A stretch of DNA of 64,000 nucleotides, from contig CAYSPW010000001.1 of NCBI GenBank assembly GCA_964433095.1, positions 4,296 through 68,295 on the forward strand, written 5' to 3'. The stretch comes from an uncultured Gammaproteobacteria bacterium (GTDB taxonomy: Bacteria > Patescibacteriota > Patescibacteriia > Magasanikbacterales > UBA922). Positions 19,182 through 29,349 of the stretch are shown here, in pieces; within the stretch, counting starts at the first letter, position 1, and each line of letters opens with the position of its first letter. The notes below the pieces were generated by a model. That model saw nothing but the letters and a program-made list of their open reading frames with translations. It did not search any database and was not told the origin of the DNA. The position numbers were made by a program, and so were the translations under genes.

Positions 19182-20108
19182 TTATTTTAATCGACCAAAT
19201 ACAGCGTCGCCAATATCGGCCAATGGAAATTCATTATGAAACGCTATTTTTTCCGGCAGCGCGTCAAACGCGAAATATTTAAACGCGTTCATTTCAATAT
19301 TGGTTTTAAAATCTTCTGACTTAATGGATGCGAAATAATATGAAACCACATCGGCCGTTTTGGGGTGCTTACCTTTATCAGAGTACACGTGAAACAGCTC
19401 ACCCATCTCGCTTTCCACACCCAACTCTTCCCTGATCTCTCTTTTCAGACAATCTTCCACTGTTTCGTTCATATATAAATGGCCGCCGGGAAAATCCCAA
19501 TGCCCCACATAAGGCGGCTGTATGCGACGCGCCAGTAAAATTTCCTTTTTTTGATTCAATATGACCGCGTTGGTGGCAAATCGCGGATATTGATTTTGCA
19601 CCATGTAACCGTAATTCTTTCCGAAATACTCTTCATAATATCTTCTGCCTGCCGGAATCAACTTGTTGTTTTTCTTCCCATCCAAATAAGCGCTGAAAAT
19701 ATCATTATGGTTAAAACCGAGCGCGTAGCCGAACACTTGTTCGGGCCGAACCCATTTAAACTCGCTTACTTCATCATTAACAGTAAGCCGGCCGCCGATA
19801 GACCGCACTTCGTAAAAAACCTGTACCACAAAAAATCTTGGATCCGGTGGCGGATCCATGGAAGGATCGGCAATAATTCCGGCCAAATTCATTATTTCCA
19901 CGTCCAATCCGGTTTCCTCTTTCACTTCCCTGATCAAAGTATGCTCTATATTGTCGTCTTCCACTTCCACTCGCCCCCCCACCAAAGTCCATCTGCCTTT
20001 AAACGGCTTAACGTCGCGCCTGATTAAAAGAATTTCACCGGACTCATTTAAAATAATTGCGTCCACGCAAGGCACCGGGTGGTGTGATTGTATCAAATAT
20101 TGTTCCAT
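19182..20108 (-). CDS. tandem-duplicated Nudix hydrolase (two Nudix domains in one polypeptide)
   Basis: There are two Nudix boxes: GGRVEVEDDNIEHTLIREVKEETGL and GGHLYMNETVEDCLKREIREELGV. Confidence 0.8.
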   Translation of the reverse strand: MEQYLIQSHHPVPCVDAIILNESGEILLIRRDVKPFKGRWTLVGGRVEVEDDNIEHTLIREVKEETGLDVEIMNLAGIIADPSMDPPPDPRFFVVQVFYEVRSIGGRLTVNDEVSEFKWVRPEQVFGYALGFNHNDIFSAYLDGKKNNKLIPAGRRYYEEYFGKNYGYMVQNQYPRFATNAVILNQKKEILLARRIQPPYVGHWDFPGGHLYMNETVEDCLKREIREELGVESEMGELFHVYSDKGKHPKTADVVSYYFASIKSEDFKTNIEMNAFKYFAFDALPEKIAFHNEFPLADIGDAVFGRLK

Positions 20109-20671
20109 AAAATTTTTAATTTAGAAAAAATGTCTGTTAAGCGCCCATGTGATAATGGTTTGCAGCGCCAGACGTGATTGTTTGTTATCATTTGATCCAG
20201 TTCATGCGGATAACGGAACATCACCTGTATATCCTCGCTATCATCGGACTTCATTTTCACCGCCCGCCTCAATACGCGCCGAGAGTATACGCGCCTTATC
20301 CCGAACGAATCGTTTGCCGACCGCGCTTCACCCAGCTTGATGTATTTTTTTTGCCGAAAAACCAATTTTTTCTTTTAATTCTTGCCCGGACCGTGTCAAA
20401 CACGTGTGGATATTTTTTTTATTCCGCCGCCCGGAAATTAACAACTTCTTCTATTTCCCAGATAGCGATGCGGCAAGACCATAACCAATCTCCCCTCAGG
20501 TAAAACAGAGACCACAATGGACATGTCCTTGGGTTGGCAGTAATAATAATGGTCCGCTTTGTCATCACCAAGCTGATAAGTGTCGTGTCTATACTTCCAC
20601 CAAGGATTTTTATGTATCACTTCCCGGGAAAGAGTGAAATATTTTTGGTCATATTTTTTAAAAAAATCCAT
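20093..20671 (-). pseudogene. frameshifted/decayed Nudix (ADP-ribose pyrophosphatase-like) gene remnant
   Basis: The 77-aa ORF (20438-20671) has an ADPRase-like N-terminus (KNPWWKYRHDTYQL...VVSVLPEGRLVMV) and stops just before the Nudix box. Box-like remnants (FPGGGI, then GQELKEKIGF) continue in two other frames downstream. The 90-aa ORF at 20093-20365 is probably the C-terminal remnant. Confidence 0.45.
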
Positions 20672-20688
20672 AGTGAATTCACTATGGA

Positions 20689-21114
20689 TTATTTGGCATG
20701 AAATTTCTCGGCGACTTGTTCGACCGGTTGATCGCCCGGGTGATTTATTATGCTATGCATATTACCTCCGCCATCGCCGCGCCAGCGCGGTAGTATATGC
20801 ACATGCAGATGCTCAACCACTTGACCGCCGGCCGGTTTTTGATTCCACCCCACGTTATATCCGTCCGGACTCAACTTATCATCAATTAACTTCATGGTCT
20901 TTTTTACCGCGGCGAACAATTCGGCAAACCCTTCGTTCATCTCAAGCGGCGTTGCGGCGTGAACCTTAGGTATAACAACCGTATGGCCTTTGGCACGCGG
21001 ATTAATATCCAAAAAAGCCAAGCTATTTTCATCTTCATAAATTTTATGCGCCGGAATTTCTCCTTGAATAATTTTACAAAATATACAATCCCGCATATTA
21101 AATTTCTTTATCAC
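20689..21114 (-). CDS. HIT-family nucleotide hydrolase
   Basis: Histidine triad VVEHLHVHILPRW. It overlaps the downstream membrane-protein gene by 17 nt. Confidence 0.85.
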   Translation of the reverse strand: MIKKFNMRDCIFCKIIQGEIPAHKIYEDENSLAFLDINPRAKGHTVVIPKVHAATPLEMNEGFAELFAAVKKTMKLIDDKLSPDGYNVGWNQKPAGGQVVEHLHVHILPRWRGDGGGNMHSIINHPGDQPVEQVAEKFHAK

Positions 21115-23341
21115 TAAAGCGCAATATTACATATTCATCAGTATAAAGAGGTTCTACATCCATTATACCATCCTGATACGCACCGTTGTCAATGGCCACA
21201 AAACACTGATCCGCTCCTGTCAAATGAAATGCCCGATTCAGCCCTTGTACCAAATTTCCTTCTGCAATTTCATCATATATCCGCATCCTCTCGGGCTGGG
21301 CGAATTGATAATCCATGGGAAATCCGCCTCCCGCTATTTTTGCGTGGGATTGAGCCTCAATTAACAACAAAAGCCAAGTATCGGCAATAATACAATGATT
21401 GTTGCTGGTGGTGGATATATTTTGTAAAATAATTCGCGCGGCTTGATATTCTTTATCCGACACCACCCTCATGTCAGGCCCCGAGCCATAAGCAATCACC
21501 CCCAGCAAGCTAAAAATAACTACCAATATTATAGTATACACTTTCACTACTACCGGGTTAAGAAACCTGGTTGACAACTTATTAAACGAAGCGCCGACAA
21601 ACGAAAGAAAAAAGATTAAAATGATTAGCGCCAAAACATGATCCAATCTTCTGGTAAATAATCGATCGCCTTCCAGATAAAACCACCCGATAAGATAGGC
21701 CCCAAAACTCATAAAGGCTAAAAAGGTAACAAAAAACCAATACTTGTCGTTTTTTTTTATTACCGCGTTCATCAGCTCTAACAAAAAGCAAAGACAAATA
21801 ATTAGCATAAGCGGAATAACGATCCATCTTATGCCGGTAAAAAAATTTTCTACAAACGCGTAATTCGGAGTATGATTAAAAAAAATATTGCCCATCAATA
21901 TATCATGACTTCTGATGCCGCTGGCATAATACCAGCCGGAAAAAATAGCCAAGGCCTTTTTAGCGGATAATACTAAATCGTACTGTTCCGGCAACCGGCT
22001 AATTTTGGCGCTTAATTCAATAGCAGGAAAAAAAAGCGGCGCTCCCAGAAGCAGAATAATTTTTGCCGGAATCAACAATGCTTTTTTCTTAGCACGGGCA
22101 ATCAAACCATAAACAAACACCACCGGTACGGAAAAGAATAGTAGCAAAAAATGCAAGCTGTATCCGAATAGCATTAAAAAAGTAAATATTGCCGCCGGCA
22201 AGAGCTGGCCGGGCGCCTGATCTTGAAAATACTGAAGCCACAAACACATCACAAACAAAAAAACCACAAAACCCAAGCTTACCGGCAAACTGATCGCTCC
22301 CAAAACTTGAAACGTAAACGGCAACAGGCCGAGCCAGGCCAGCAACAATCCCATGCGCCAATTGCGAAATATCAGGTGGCCGATTCTAAATAAAAACATT
22401 GTTCCAAATACCGACCAAAGCAAAGGCACCAGCCACTTGCTCACGGTCGCTAAATCCAAATTAAAACCACCCGCCACGAGCACGTTCACGGCCCAATAGT
22501 GCGCGTAAGTAAACTTTTGCGGCACGGTAAAAACTTCCGGCAAATCTATTCCGGCCGCTTCCGTCCACCTGGCTTCATGTCCGTGTAAAACCGGCGGATA
22601 ATAATCTCCGTCAAGCAATTTTTCTTCTACAGCCACCATACGCCACACATCCCCTCCCCAAGGCATCTGATGGGATAAAGCCAAATAACTGTGGCATAAT
22701 ATTGACAGCAGTACCAAAAAAAACAAGACAATCTTTATTCGGCTCCTTGAAAAAATCAATATACCGAGTAGAAAAACGAGTATAAAAAAGAATGGCAGAT
22801 AAAACGGAGAAATAACTTGCCAAGGCGACCACAAAACCTGAATGCTACCTGCGGATCCGACAAGTAAGACAAAGGCGATAAACAATAAAATGACAAATAG
22901 CAAACTCACATACCATGATTGATCAAAAATAACCAAACTGCTCGTTAATTGACGAACGGGCTTTTTTTTAAGTCCGACTTTTTTTAAATCGCGGGCATAA
23001 TTAAAAATCAAATAGTTAATTAAAAATGAAAAGCTGTAAGCGGCCACTTGCGTATCGGGGCTGATGCGTGAAAAAGTGATAAATATCGCCGCTGTCAAAG
23101 TCAGGCTTAAAAAAGCGGCAAAAAAAGCAAGCAGCGATCTTTCCCAATATCTTGACCTTACCGCAAACACTAGCAATAAAATACGGTCAAAAAAATATGT
23201 TTGCACCAATAAAAACAGTACCATTATCGCGCCGTTCACAAATATCCGCTCCCAATAATGTAAATTGGAGTATAAAAAAAATATGCTGAGCACAGATAAC
23301 AGCAGAGCCAAGTACTGCTTTTTAAATAATTTATGTTTCAT
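21098..23341 (-). CDS. large polytopic membrane protein (about 14 TM plus C-terminal soluble domain), putative lipid-linked glycosyl/polymer transferase; paralog of 24027..26135
   Basis: 747 aa and mostly TM helices. It shares the loop motif W-G-x-D-x-[WF]-x3-A-x-E (WGGDVWRMVAVEE) with the other large membrane protein (WGYDPFLHRATEI). Confidence 0.45.
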   Translation of the reverse strand: MKHKLFKKQYLALLLSVLSIFFLYSNLHYWERIFVNGAIMVLFLLVQTYFFDRILLLVFAVRSRYWERSLLAFFAAFLSLTLTAAIFITFSRISPDTQVAAYSFSFLINYLIFNYARDLKKVGLKKKPVRQLTSSLVIFDQSWYVSLLFVILLFIAFVLLVGSAGSIQVLWSPWQVISPFYLPFFFILVFLLGILIFSRSRIKIVLFFLVLLSILCHSYLALSHQMPWGGDVWRMVAVEEKLLDGDYYPPVLHGHEARWTEAAGIDLPEVFTVPQKFTYAHYWAVNVLVAGGFNLDLATVSKWLVPLLWSVFGTMFLFRIGHLIFRNWRMGLLLAWLGLLPFTFQVLGAISLPVSLGFVVFLFVMCLWLQYFQDQAPGQLLPAAIFTFLMLFGYSLHFLLLFFSVPVVFVYGLIARAKKKALLIPAKIILLLGAPLFFPAIELSAKISRLPEQYDLVLSAKKALAIFSGWYYASGIRSHDILMGNIFFNHTPNYAFVENFFTGIRWIVIPLMLIICLCFLLELMNAVIKKNDKYWFFVTFLAFMSFGAYLIGWFYLEGDRLFTRRLDHVLALIILIFFLSFVGASFNKLSTRFLNPVVVKVYTIILVVIFSLLGVIAYGSGPDMRVVSDKEYQAARIILQNISTTSNNHCIIADTWLLLLIEAQSHAKIAGGGFPMDYQFAQPERMRIYDEIAEGNLVQGLNRAFHLTGADQCFVAIDNGAYQDGIMDVEPLYTDEYVILRFSDKEI

Positions 23342-23347
23342 GAAAAA

Positions 23348-23971
23348 TTATATACCGTGAGCGAACAAACTCAATACCGCAAAACCAATCGCCAGGCCGA
23401 ACACCCAGGCGGCCGCGGTTAATAATGTGGGGAACTCAAGCAGCAAAGCCAGCAGCGTCAAAAAAACCGCGCTCACTTGTAAAACCATTTTGATTTTTCC
23501 CCATCCGTTTGCCATGCGAATGGTTTTGAAGCGGTAGCCACAAACCAAGGCCGATAATATAAAAGCGATTTCAATAAACAATATGGCTATACCGAGCCAA
23601 AAGTCAAAATATTTAAATACTAAAAGCAGCACCATGGATCCGATCAGCAGCTTATCGGCCAGCGGGTCAATCAGCATGCCGAATTTTGTTACTTTATGCC
23701 TGGTACGAGCCAATGATCCATCAATGGCATCAGTAAATGCGACTAAAAGAAATGCCACTATGCCAAGAGAATAGTTGCCAAATAATATAATAAAAAACAC
23801 AACCGGCGTGGCGAAAATTCTAAATATGGATATTTTGTTCGGGGTTACATTTTGCGGAATGAAGCGCAATACCGTAATATCCATAAAATGATCATGGGGG
23901 TGAATGTCCGCGGCCTTGATGTATTTAAACAATTCTTGATGCTTTTTAACAAAATCCGTAAAAATTTTCAT
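23348..23971 (-). CDS. pgsA: CDP-alcohol phosphatidyltransferase (PgsA-like)
   Basis: DAIDGSLARTRHKVTKFGMLIDPLADKLL matches D-G-x2-A-R-x8-G-x3-D-x3-D. Confidence 0.8.
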   Translation of the reverse strand: MKIFTDFVKKHQELFKYIKAADIHPHDHFMDITVLRFIPQNVTPNKISIFRIFATPVVFFIILFGNYSLGIVAFLLVAFTDAIDGSLARTRHKVTKFGMLIDPLADKLLIGSMVLLLVFKYFDFWLGIAILFIEIAFILSALVCGYRFKTIRMANGWGKIKMVLQVSAVFLTLLALLLEFPTLLTAAAWVFGLAIGFAVLSLFAHGI

Positions 23972-24026
23972 AAATTTTAATTATATTCATCCACTGTGAT
24001 ATAATCAACAAACGAAGATAAAAACT

Positions 24027-26135
24027 ATGTCAATCCGGTTGAAATATACCATAATATACCTGTTTTGCCTAGCGGCTTTAATACTGGGTTTATTTTTTTC
24101 TCTACCGCTGTTGCCGCTGATAGCGCTAATTGCTTTATTGTTGTTAGCGGCCTTCACACTCAACCAAATTGAACTTTTAGCCTTACCGGGTTGGAATATT
24201 CTTTGGAGCTTTGTTATTTTATCCGGCATTATATTTTTGACGCACTCAATTATTTATTTTTTTTACAAAAGCACTCAAATCACAATATTATTATCTGTAT
24301 TGCCGCCCACCGCGCTTGCGTTGTATGTGTTGAAAGACAAAAAAATAAACTTGGTAAAACTACATCAGCTTAAAGCAAAGATAAAAAAAATCTTTTGTCA
24401 GAATATAACTCAAATTTCTAAAACAGACTGGCTTTTTTTGGCTATTTTAGTATTACAGTTGATTCTTTACCTGAAAACAAGGCAAAAAGCCACCTTTGAC
24501 GCTCTCGGATCTCCCTGGCCGCTCTTTGGCCCTCGTTTTTTTGTTTTGTACGCAATCAATACCACCGCCATTGTTTGGTACGCTTTTAAAAGTAAATCCG
24601 AACTGTTATGGCTGATCGCGGCCGTTTTTCAATTTTTACTCTCTTTCAATATTATCACCGCCGTATATCCGCTCGGTTGGGGTTATGATCCTTTTTTGCA
24701 CAGAGCGACCGAAATATATATTCATCAGTTTGGCGCCGCTTTGCCTAAAACCCCTTTCTATATTGGTCAATTCGCCATTGTAAACACTATCGCCCACCTG
24801 ACAGGCTGGGCAATAAAAACAATAGATATTTATCTGGTTCCGATTCTGGCCGGCATTTTACTGCCGCTGAGCGCGTACTTTGGACTACGACACGGCTTGC
24901 GTTTGAAAAAAAACGCGCTCAGGCTGGCCACGCTGGCCATCCTGCTCTATCCGCTCAGTTCTTTTGTGGCTACAACACCGCATAATCTGGCCAATCTTTT
25001 TACTTTGGTAAGCATATTTTTGTCGCTATTGTTGCTTCAAGGCAATAAATACTGGCCATTACCCTCTATTTTTTCCGCCCTGGCAATGGCCACCCACCCA
25101 TTAACCGGAATTTTCTCCGTGGTCATGTTACTGGCTCTCATGGCGCATAATCACGCGAATAAAATCTCCGGAAAAATTTTCATTATATTTCTTTTTACAG
25201 CCTCAAGTGTTATGGTGCCATTTTTTTTCTGGATATATTCACTCGTTGGCGGAATGGAAATTCAATTTTCCTTAAACTCGCAAGCTTTTTTCAATTTGTT
25301 TTCTGAGCCATATTATTTTATCAACCGGCCAGCACATTTTATCTACGATCTGGTTTACGCCTATAGATTCTTTCTGCCAGGCATTTTAATTTCACTGGCT
25401 TTGCTGGTCTTTTTAAAAAAACAATATCGCCATGCAAAAATCATGTACTTTCCCTTGGTTTCGCTTTCTATTATGATCAATATATTAATCATCAACTCAA
25501 TGATTAAATTTGTCAACCTGAACGCTTTTGAGCAGTCACACTATGCCGAACGTCTATTGCATTCCACTCTGTTTTTCATTCTCCCGCTCTCGTCATTGGG
25601 ATTGGTAAGATTAGTAGAGTATACAAAAAAAATAAGTAATTCGCTGTTACTTTTAATTTTGAGCGTCTTGATATTAGCTCTTACCGCCTCTTTTTACTTG
25701 ACTTATCCGCAAAAAAATCCTATCGCCCATTTTCCAGGCTACAACATAACCAAAGCGGATTATTCAGCCGCAAAACTAATAAAAAACCTCAATCGGGAAC
25801 AAAACTATGTGGTGCTATCCAACATCATGACCGCGGCCGCGGCAATAGAAACGTACGGCTTTGAAACATATTTTAACAGCACCCAAGGACCTCTGTTTTA
25901 CTATGCCATTCCCTCGGGCGGACCTTTGGCCGAGCTTTATTCGAATATGCTCTATCACGAACAAAAAAGACAATACATGTACCAGGCGATGGACTTGACA
26001 CAAGCTAAAAAAGCTTACTTTGTGGTAAATTCTTACTGGCATAAAAGTATGGAAATAATTCAAGGCGCCAAACAGACCGCGGATAAATATTGGTCAATTG
26101 ACGATAAAATTTGGATTTTTGAATATAAAAGGTAA
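24027..26135 (+). CDS. large polytopic membrane protein, paralog of 21098..23341
   Basis: 702 aa with many TM helices and a C-terminal soluble domain. It shares the WG-x-D...A-x-E loop motif. Confidence 0.45.
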   Translation: MSIRLKYTIIYLFCLAALILGLFFSLPLLPLIALIALLLLAAFTLNQIELLALPGWNILWSFVILSGIIFLTHSIIYFFYKSTQITILLSVLPPTALALYVLKDKKINLVKLHQLKAKIKKIFCQNITQISKTDWLFLAILVLQLILYLKTRQKATFDALGSPWPLFGPRFFVLYAINTTAIVWYAFKSKSELLWLIAAVFQFLLSFNIITAVYPLGWGYDPFLHRATEIYIHQFGAALPKTPFYIGQFAIVNTIAHLTGWAIKTIDIYLVPILAGILLPLSAYFGLRHGLRLKKNALRLATLAILLYPLSSFVATTPHNLANLFTLVSIFLSLLLLQGNKYWPLPSIFSALAMATHPLTGIFSVVMLLALMAHNHANKISGKIFIIFLFTASSVMVPFFFWIYSLVGGMEIQFSLNSQAFFNLFSEPYYFINRPAHFIYDLVYAYRFFLPGILISLALLVFLKKQYRHAKIMYFPLVSLSIMINILIINSMIKFVNLNAFEQSHYAERLLHSTLFFILPLSSLGLVRLVEYTKKISNSLLLLILSVLILALTASFYLTYPQKNPIAHFPGYNITKADYSAAKLIKNLNREQNYVVLSNIMTAAAAIETYGFETYFNSTQGPLFYYAIPSGGPLAELYSNMLYHEQKRQYMYQAMDLTQAKKAYFVVNSYWHKSMEIIQGAKQTADKYWSIDDKIWIFEYKR

Positions 26136-26157
26136 ATATCTTATTACTGAATATTTT

Positions 26158-27399
26158 TTATCGTCCTCGGTATAATTTTTCCAGCCTGTCCATATACTCT
26201 TTTTGCCCCAAACCTACTAAAAAATCAGCGGTTTTTTTGCTCATGGCTCTCAATTTATCGCTATTTTCCACGCACCATTGCAATTTTTCTTCCAATGATT
26301 TTTGGCTGCCGGCAACAAAAGTAAATCCGTTTTCCCCTACCGTTATAAGTTCGGCGATGCCTTCAATGTCACTGGCTAAAACCGGCTTGTTAAAAGAAAA
26401 ACTTTCAAATATCACTGTCGGTGAATTCTCGTAGCATAAAGAAGGTACTACGGTAATATCTGATTGTTCAAATATTTGGGGTAATTTTTTGCGGTCCACG
26501 CGACCATATATTAGTATTTTACCGCAACCGCGTGCGATTCTTTTTATCTCATTAAGCTGAGAACCGTCACCTACCAAATGCAAGTAGCAATCCTTTTTTG
26601 ACCGCGACACGAAATCGTGAAAACTCTCCACCAGAAAAAGGACGCCTTTGTGCGCTTCAATCTGGCCGAGGTAGAGAAAATTAACCGCGCCGCTTGCCAA
26701 GCATGCTTCTGCTCTGGTCGGATCGGCTTCAAAAGTGATCGGATTCCTGAGCATGACGCGTTTTGATCGCAAAAAAAATTTTCTTTTTTTGTAAAAATCA
26801 AGTAAAAACTGAGATGGTGAAACGACCACATCGGGAGATCCCATCAGCTTTTTCATCAGCCAAGAATAAACCTTAACATGTAATCCCGAGTAACGCCAAT
26901 CCTTTTCATGCCTCTTCAAAATAATGCCGCTCGGCTCTACCAGTTGCACGTCATGTACAGTATGAAAATGCTTCAAATTAAGTTGTCGGATTACCCATGG
27001 GGTAAGAAAACCCAGACCCATGAAATTATGCGTATGCACCACGTCCGGCTTTTCTTTTTCCAAAATACTTTTAATATACTTAGCCGAGCTGAAATGAAAT
27101 ATATCGGCCAAATGCCACATCAGACGGATAAACCAATGATATTGATGCGCTTTTGTATAAAAAAATAAGTTTTTTGGTCTAAATCTGTAGGTAGTCAGTT
27201 TACTGTCCATCTCGCAATAAGAACCGCCGGCAGGCGATGTGGTGATGATTACCACCCGGTGTCCACGCTTTAAAAGGCCTTCCACGGTCTTAGCCACCAC
27301 CTGCTCGGCTCCGCCACGTACGTAAGGAGGATAAAGATTATTAATAATGCATATTTTCATATTACAATCAATTATATGAAAACAGACCCCTTTTTGCAA
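26158..27399 (-). CDS. glycosyltransferase family 4 (GT-B)
   Basis: N-terminal GGAEQVV and C-terminal EGIAELITVGENGF (E-x7-E). Confidence 0.8.
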   Translation of the reverse strand: MQKGVCFHIIDCNMKICIINNLYPPYVRGGAEQVVAKTVEGLLKRGHRVVIITTSPAGGSYCEMDSKLTTYRFRPKNLFFYTKAHQYHWFIRLMWHLADIFHFSSAKYIKSILEKEKPDVVHTHNFMGLGFLTPWVIRQLNLKHFHTVHDVQLVEPSGIILKRHEKDWRYSGLHVKVYSWLMKKLMGSPDVVVSPSQFLLDFYKKRKFFLRSKRVMLRNPITFEADPTRAEACLASGAVNFLYLGQIEAHKGVLFLVESFHDFVSRSKKDCYLHLVGDGSQLNEIKRIARGCGKILIYGRVDRKKLPQIFEQSDITVVPSLCYENSPTVIFESFSFNKPVLASDIEGIAELITVGENGFTFVAGSQKSLEEKLQWCVENSDKLRAMSKKTADFLVGLGQKEYMDRLEKLYRGR

Positions 27400-27514
27400 C
27401 TATTCAGACACAACTTTTTCACTGTTTAACCCCTATCGGCTGTTGAAAGCAATTAGGATATTGTGTAATATATCAAGGCGAGCCAATAATATATATTGAC
27501 GACTAAACTATTTT

Positions 27515-28963
27515 ATGCCCGATATTCCCGAATTAGAAAAAATTCCACCACAGAACATAGAGGCGGAAATGTCTTTGCTTGGTTCAATTTTGCTGGATAA
27601 AGAAGCGATGATTAAAATCGCCGATATGGTGGACCGGAATGATTTTTATCAAAACGCGCACAGCGCCATATTTGAGACCATGGCTGAGCTGTATAACAGA
27701 AATGAAGTGATAGACCTGCTCACCCTTGGCAATAGATTGGAAGAAAAAAAATGCTTGGAAAAAATCGGCGGCCGTAGCTATCTGGTCAAATTATCCAACA
27801 CTACTCCTACCGCCAGCCATATCAAGCACTATGCTGAAATCATCAGACGCAAATCAACTTTGAGAAAATTACTGAAAGCGGCGCAGAATATCTCTGAATT
27901 GGGTCATAAAGAAGATGTTGAAGACGTGGAATCTCTACTTGATCAAGCTCAGCAGTCGCTGTATTCTGTCAGCCAAACTCACCTTAAGCAAACTTTTTCC
28001 CCTATACGCGGGGTACTGAGCGAAGCTTTTGAAAGAATAGATGAACTGCACCGGGAAAAAGGCAAACTGCGCGGCATTCCAACAGGATTTAAGCAGCTGG
28101 ACAATCTGCTGGCCGGCCTACAAAACTCCGACCTGATAATCCTGGCTGCCAGACCATCGGTAGGTAAAACTTCATTTGTGCTGGATATTGCCAGAAACGT
28201 GGCCGTGCGAAGCAAACGGACCGTGGGCTTTTTTTCACTGGAGATGAGCAAAGAACAGCTGGTTGACAGGATGCTTTGTGCCGAGGCCGGCGTGGATCTG
28301 TGGAAAATGCGCACCGGTAATTTGTCCGACAAGCCGGGCAGCTATGATTTTCCCAAAATAGGCCAAGCCATGGGAGTATTATCTGAGGCGCCGGTATTTA
28401 TTGACGATACGCCCGGCAATACAGTGATGCAGATCAGAACCAAAGCGCGGCGTTTGCAAGCAGAACACGATCTCGGCCTAATTGTTATCGACTATATGCA
28501 GTTGATGGAGTCGCACAACAAACGAAATTCAGACAACCGCGTACAAGAGGTGGCTGAAATGAGCCGCAACTTAAAAGGCATAGCCAGAGAATTAAACGTG
28601 CCGGTACTGGCATTGTCGCAATTGTCAAGAGCGGTGGAGCAAAGCAAACCGGCTATCCCCAAGCTTTCCCACCTAAGAGAATCAGGTAGTATAGAACAAG
28701 ACGCGGATGTGGTTATGTTTATCTATCGCAAATCATCCGATAGAAACTACCGCTTGGACGATATTCCTCCGGATGAACGCCATTTAGCGGAAATCCATAT
28801 TGCCAAGCACAGAAACGGCCCCACCGGTCAAGTGAAGCTGTTTTTCGACGAAACAAGGGCCAGTTTCAAAAATCTGGATACCCATTTCGAAAAAGAACCT
28901 CAGTCTCCTTCGGCTTCGCCGCGACCACAACCACAAGCCGAGCCGATTGTGCCCAAATTCTAG
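27515..28963 (+). CDS. dnaB: replicative DNA helicase
   Basis: N-terminal PQNIEAEMSLLGSILLD, Walker A ARPSVGKTSFVL, and a RecA-like C-terminal domain. A C-terminal tail of about 35 aa is Pro/Gln/Ser-rich. Confidence 0.9.
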   Translation: MPDIPELEKIPPQNIEAEMSLLGSILLDKEAMIKIADMVDRNDFYQNAHSAIFETMAELYNRNEVIDLLTLGNRLEEKKCLEKIGGRSYLVKLSNTTPTASHIKHYAEIIRRKSTLRKLLKAAQNISELGHKEDVEDVESLLDQAQQSLYSVSQTHLKQTFSPIRGVLSEAFERIDELHREKGKLRGIPTGFKQLDNLLAGLQNSDLIILAARPSVGKTSFVLDIARNVAVRSKRTVGFFSLEMSKEQLVDRMLCAEAGVDLWKMRTGNLSDKPGSYDFPKIGQAMGVLSEAPVFIDDTPGNTVMQIRTKARRLQAEHDLGLIVIDYMQLMESHNKRNSDNRVQEVAEMSRNLKGIARELNVPVLALSQLSRAVEQSKPAIPKLSHLRESGSIEQDADVVMFIYRKSSDRNYRLDDIPPDERHLAEIHIAKHRNGPTGQVKLFFDETRASFKNLDTHFEKEPQSPSASPRPQPQAEPIVPKF

Positions 28964-29043
28964 CCATTGCTTAATCGGGATAAATAATTTAAAATTATAT
29001 ATATCAAAAAATTAAGTATAATATAGTAATAAATTTTAACATT

Positions 29044-29349
29044 ATGTTCAACAAATTAAAACAATTCAAGAATCTGCGCTCGCAAGCCAAAGATCTGCAA
29101 AGCAAATTGGCCGAGGAATCCATTACCGTTTCCGAGGCCGGCGGCAAGATTAAGCTGACTATGGACGGCAATTTAAAAATAACTGCCTTGGATATTGATC
29201 CGGAAATGCTCGATCCGGACAAAAAAACCAAACTGGAAGACGCGATCAAGCAAGCGCATGAAAACGCCAATAAAAAAATGCAGCGCACCATGGCCATGAA
29301 AATGAAGGAAATGGGCGGCTTACCCGACATCCCAGGCATGACCAGTTGA
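29044..29349 (+). CDS. ybaB: nucleoid-associated protein YbaB/EbfC
   Basis: 101 aa, with KLQ...ITVSEAGGKIKLTMDGNLKITALDID. It is in the conserved ybaB-recR arrangement. Confidence 0.85.
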   Translation: MFNKLKQFKNLRSQAKDLQSKLAEESITVSEAGGKIKLTMDGNLKITALDIDPEMLDPDKKTKLEDAIKQAHENANKKMQRTMAMKMKEMGGLPDIPGMTS

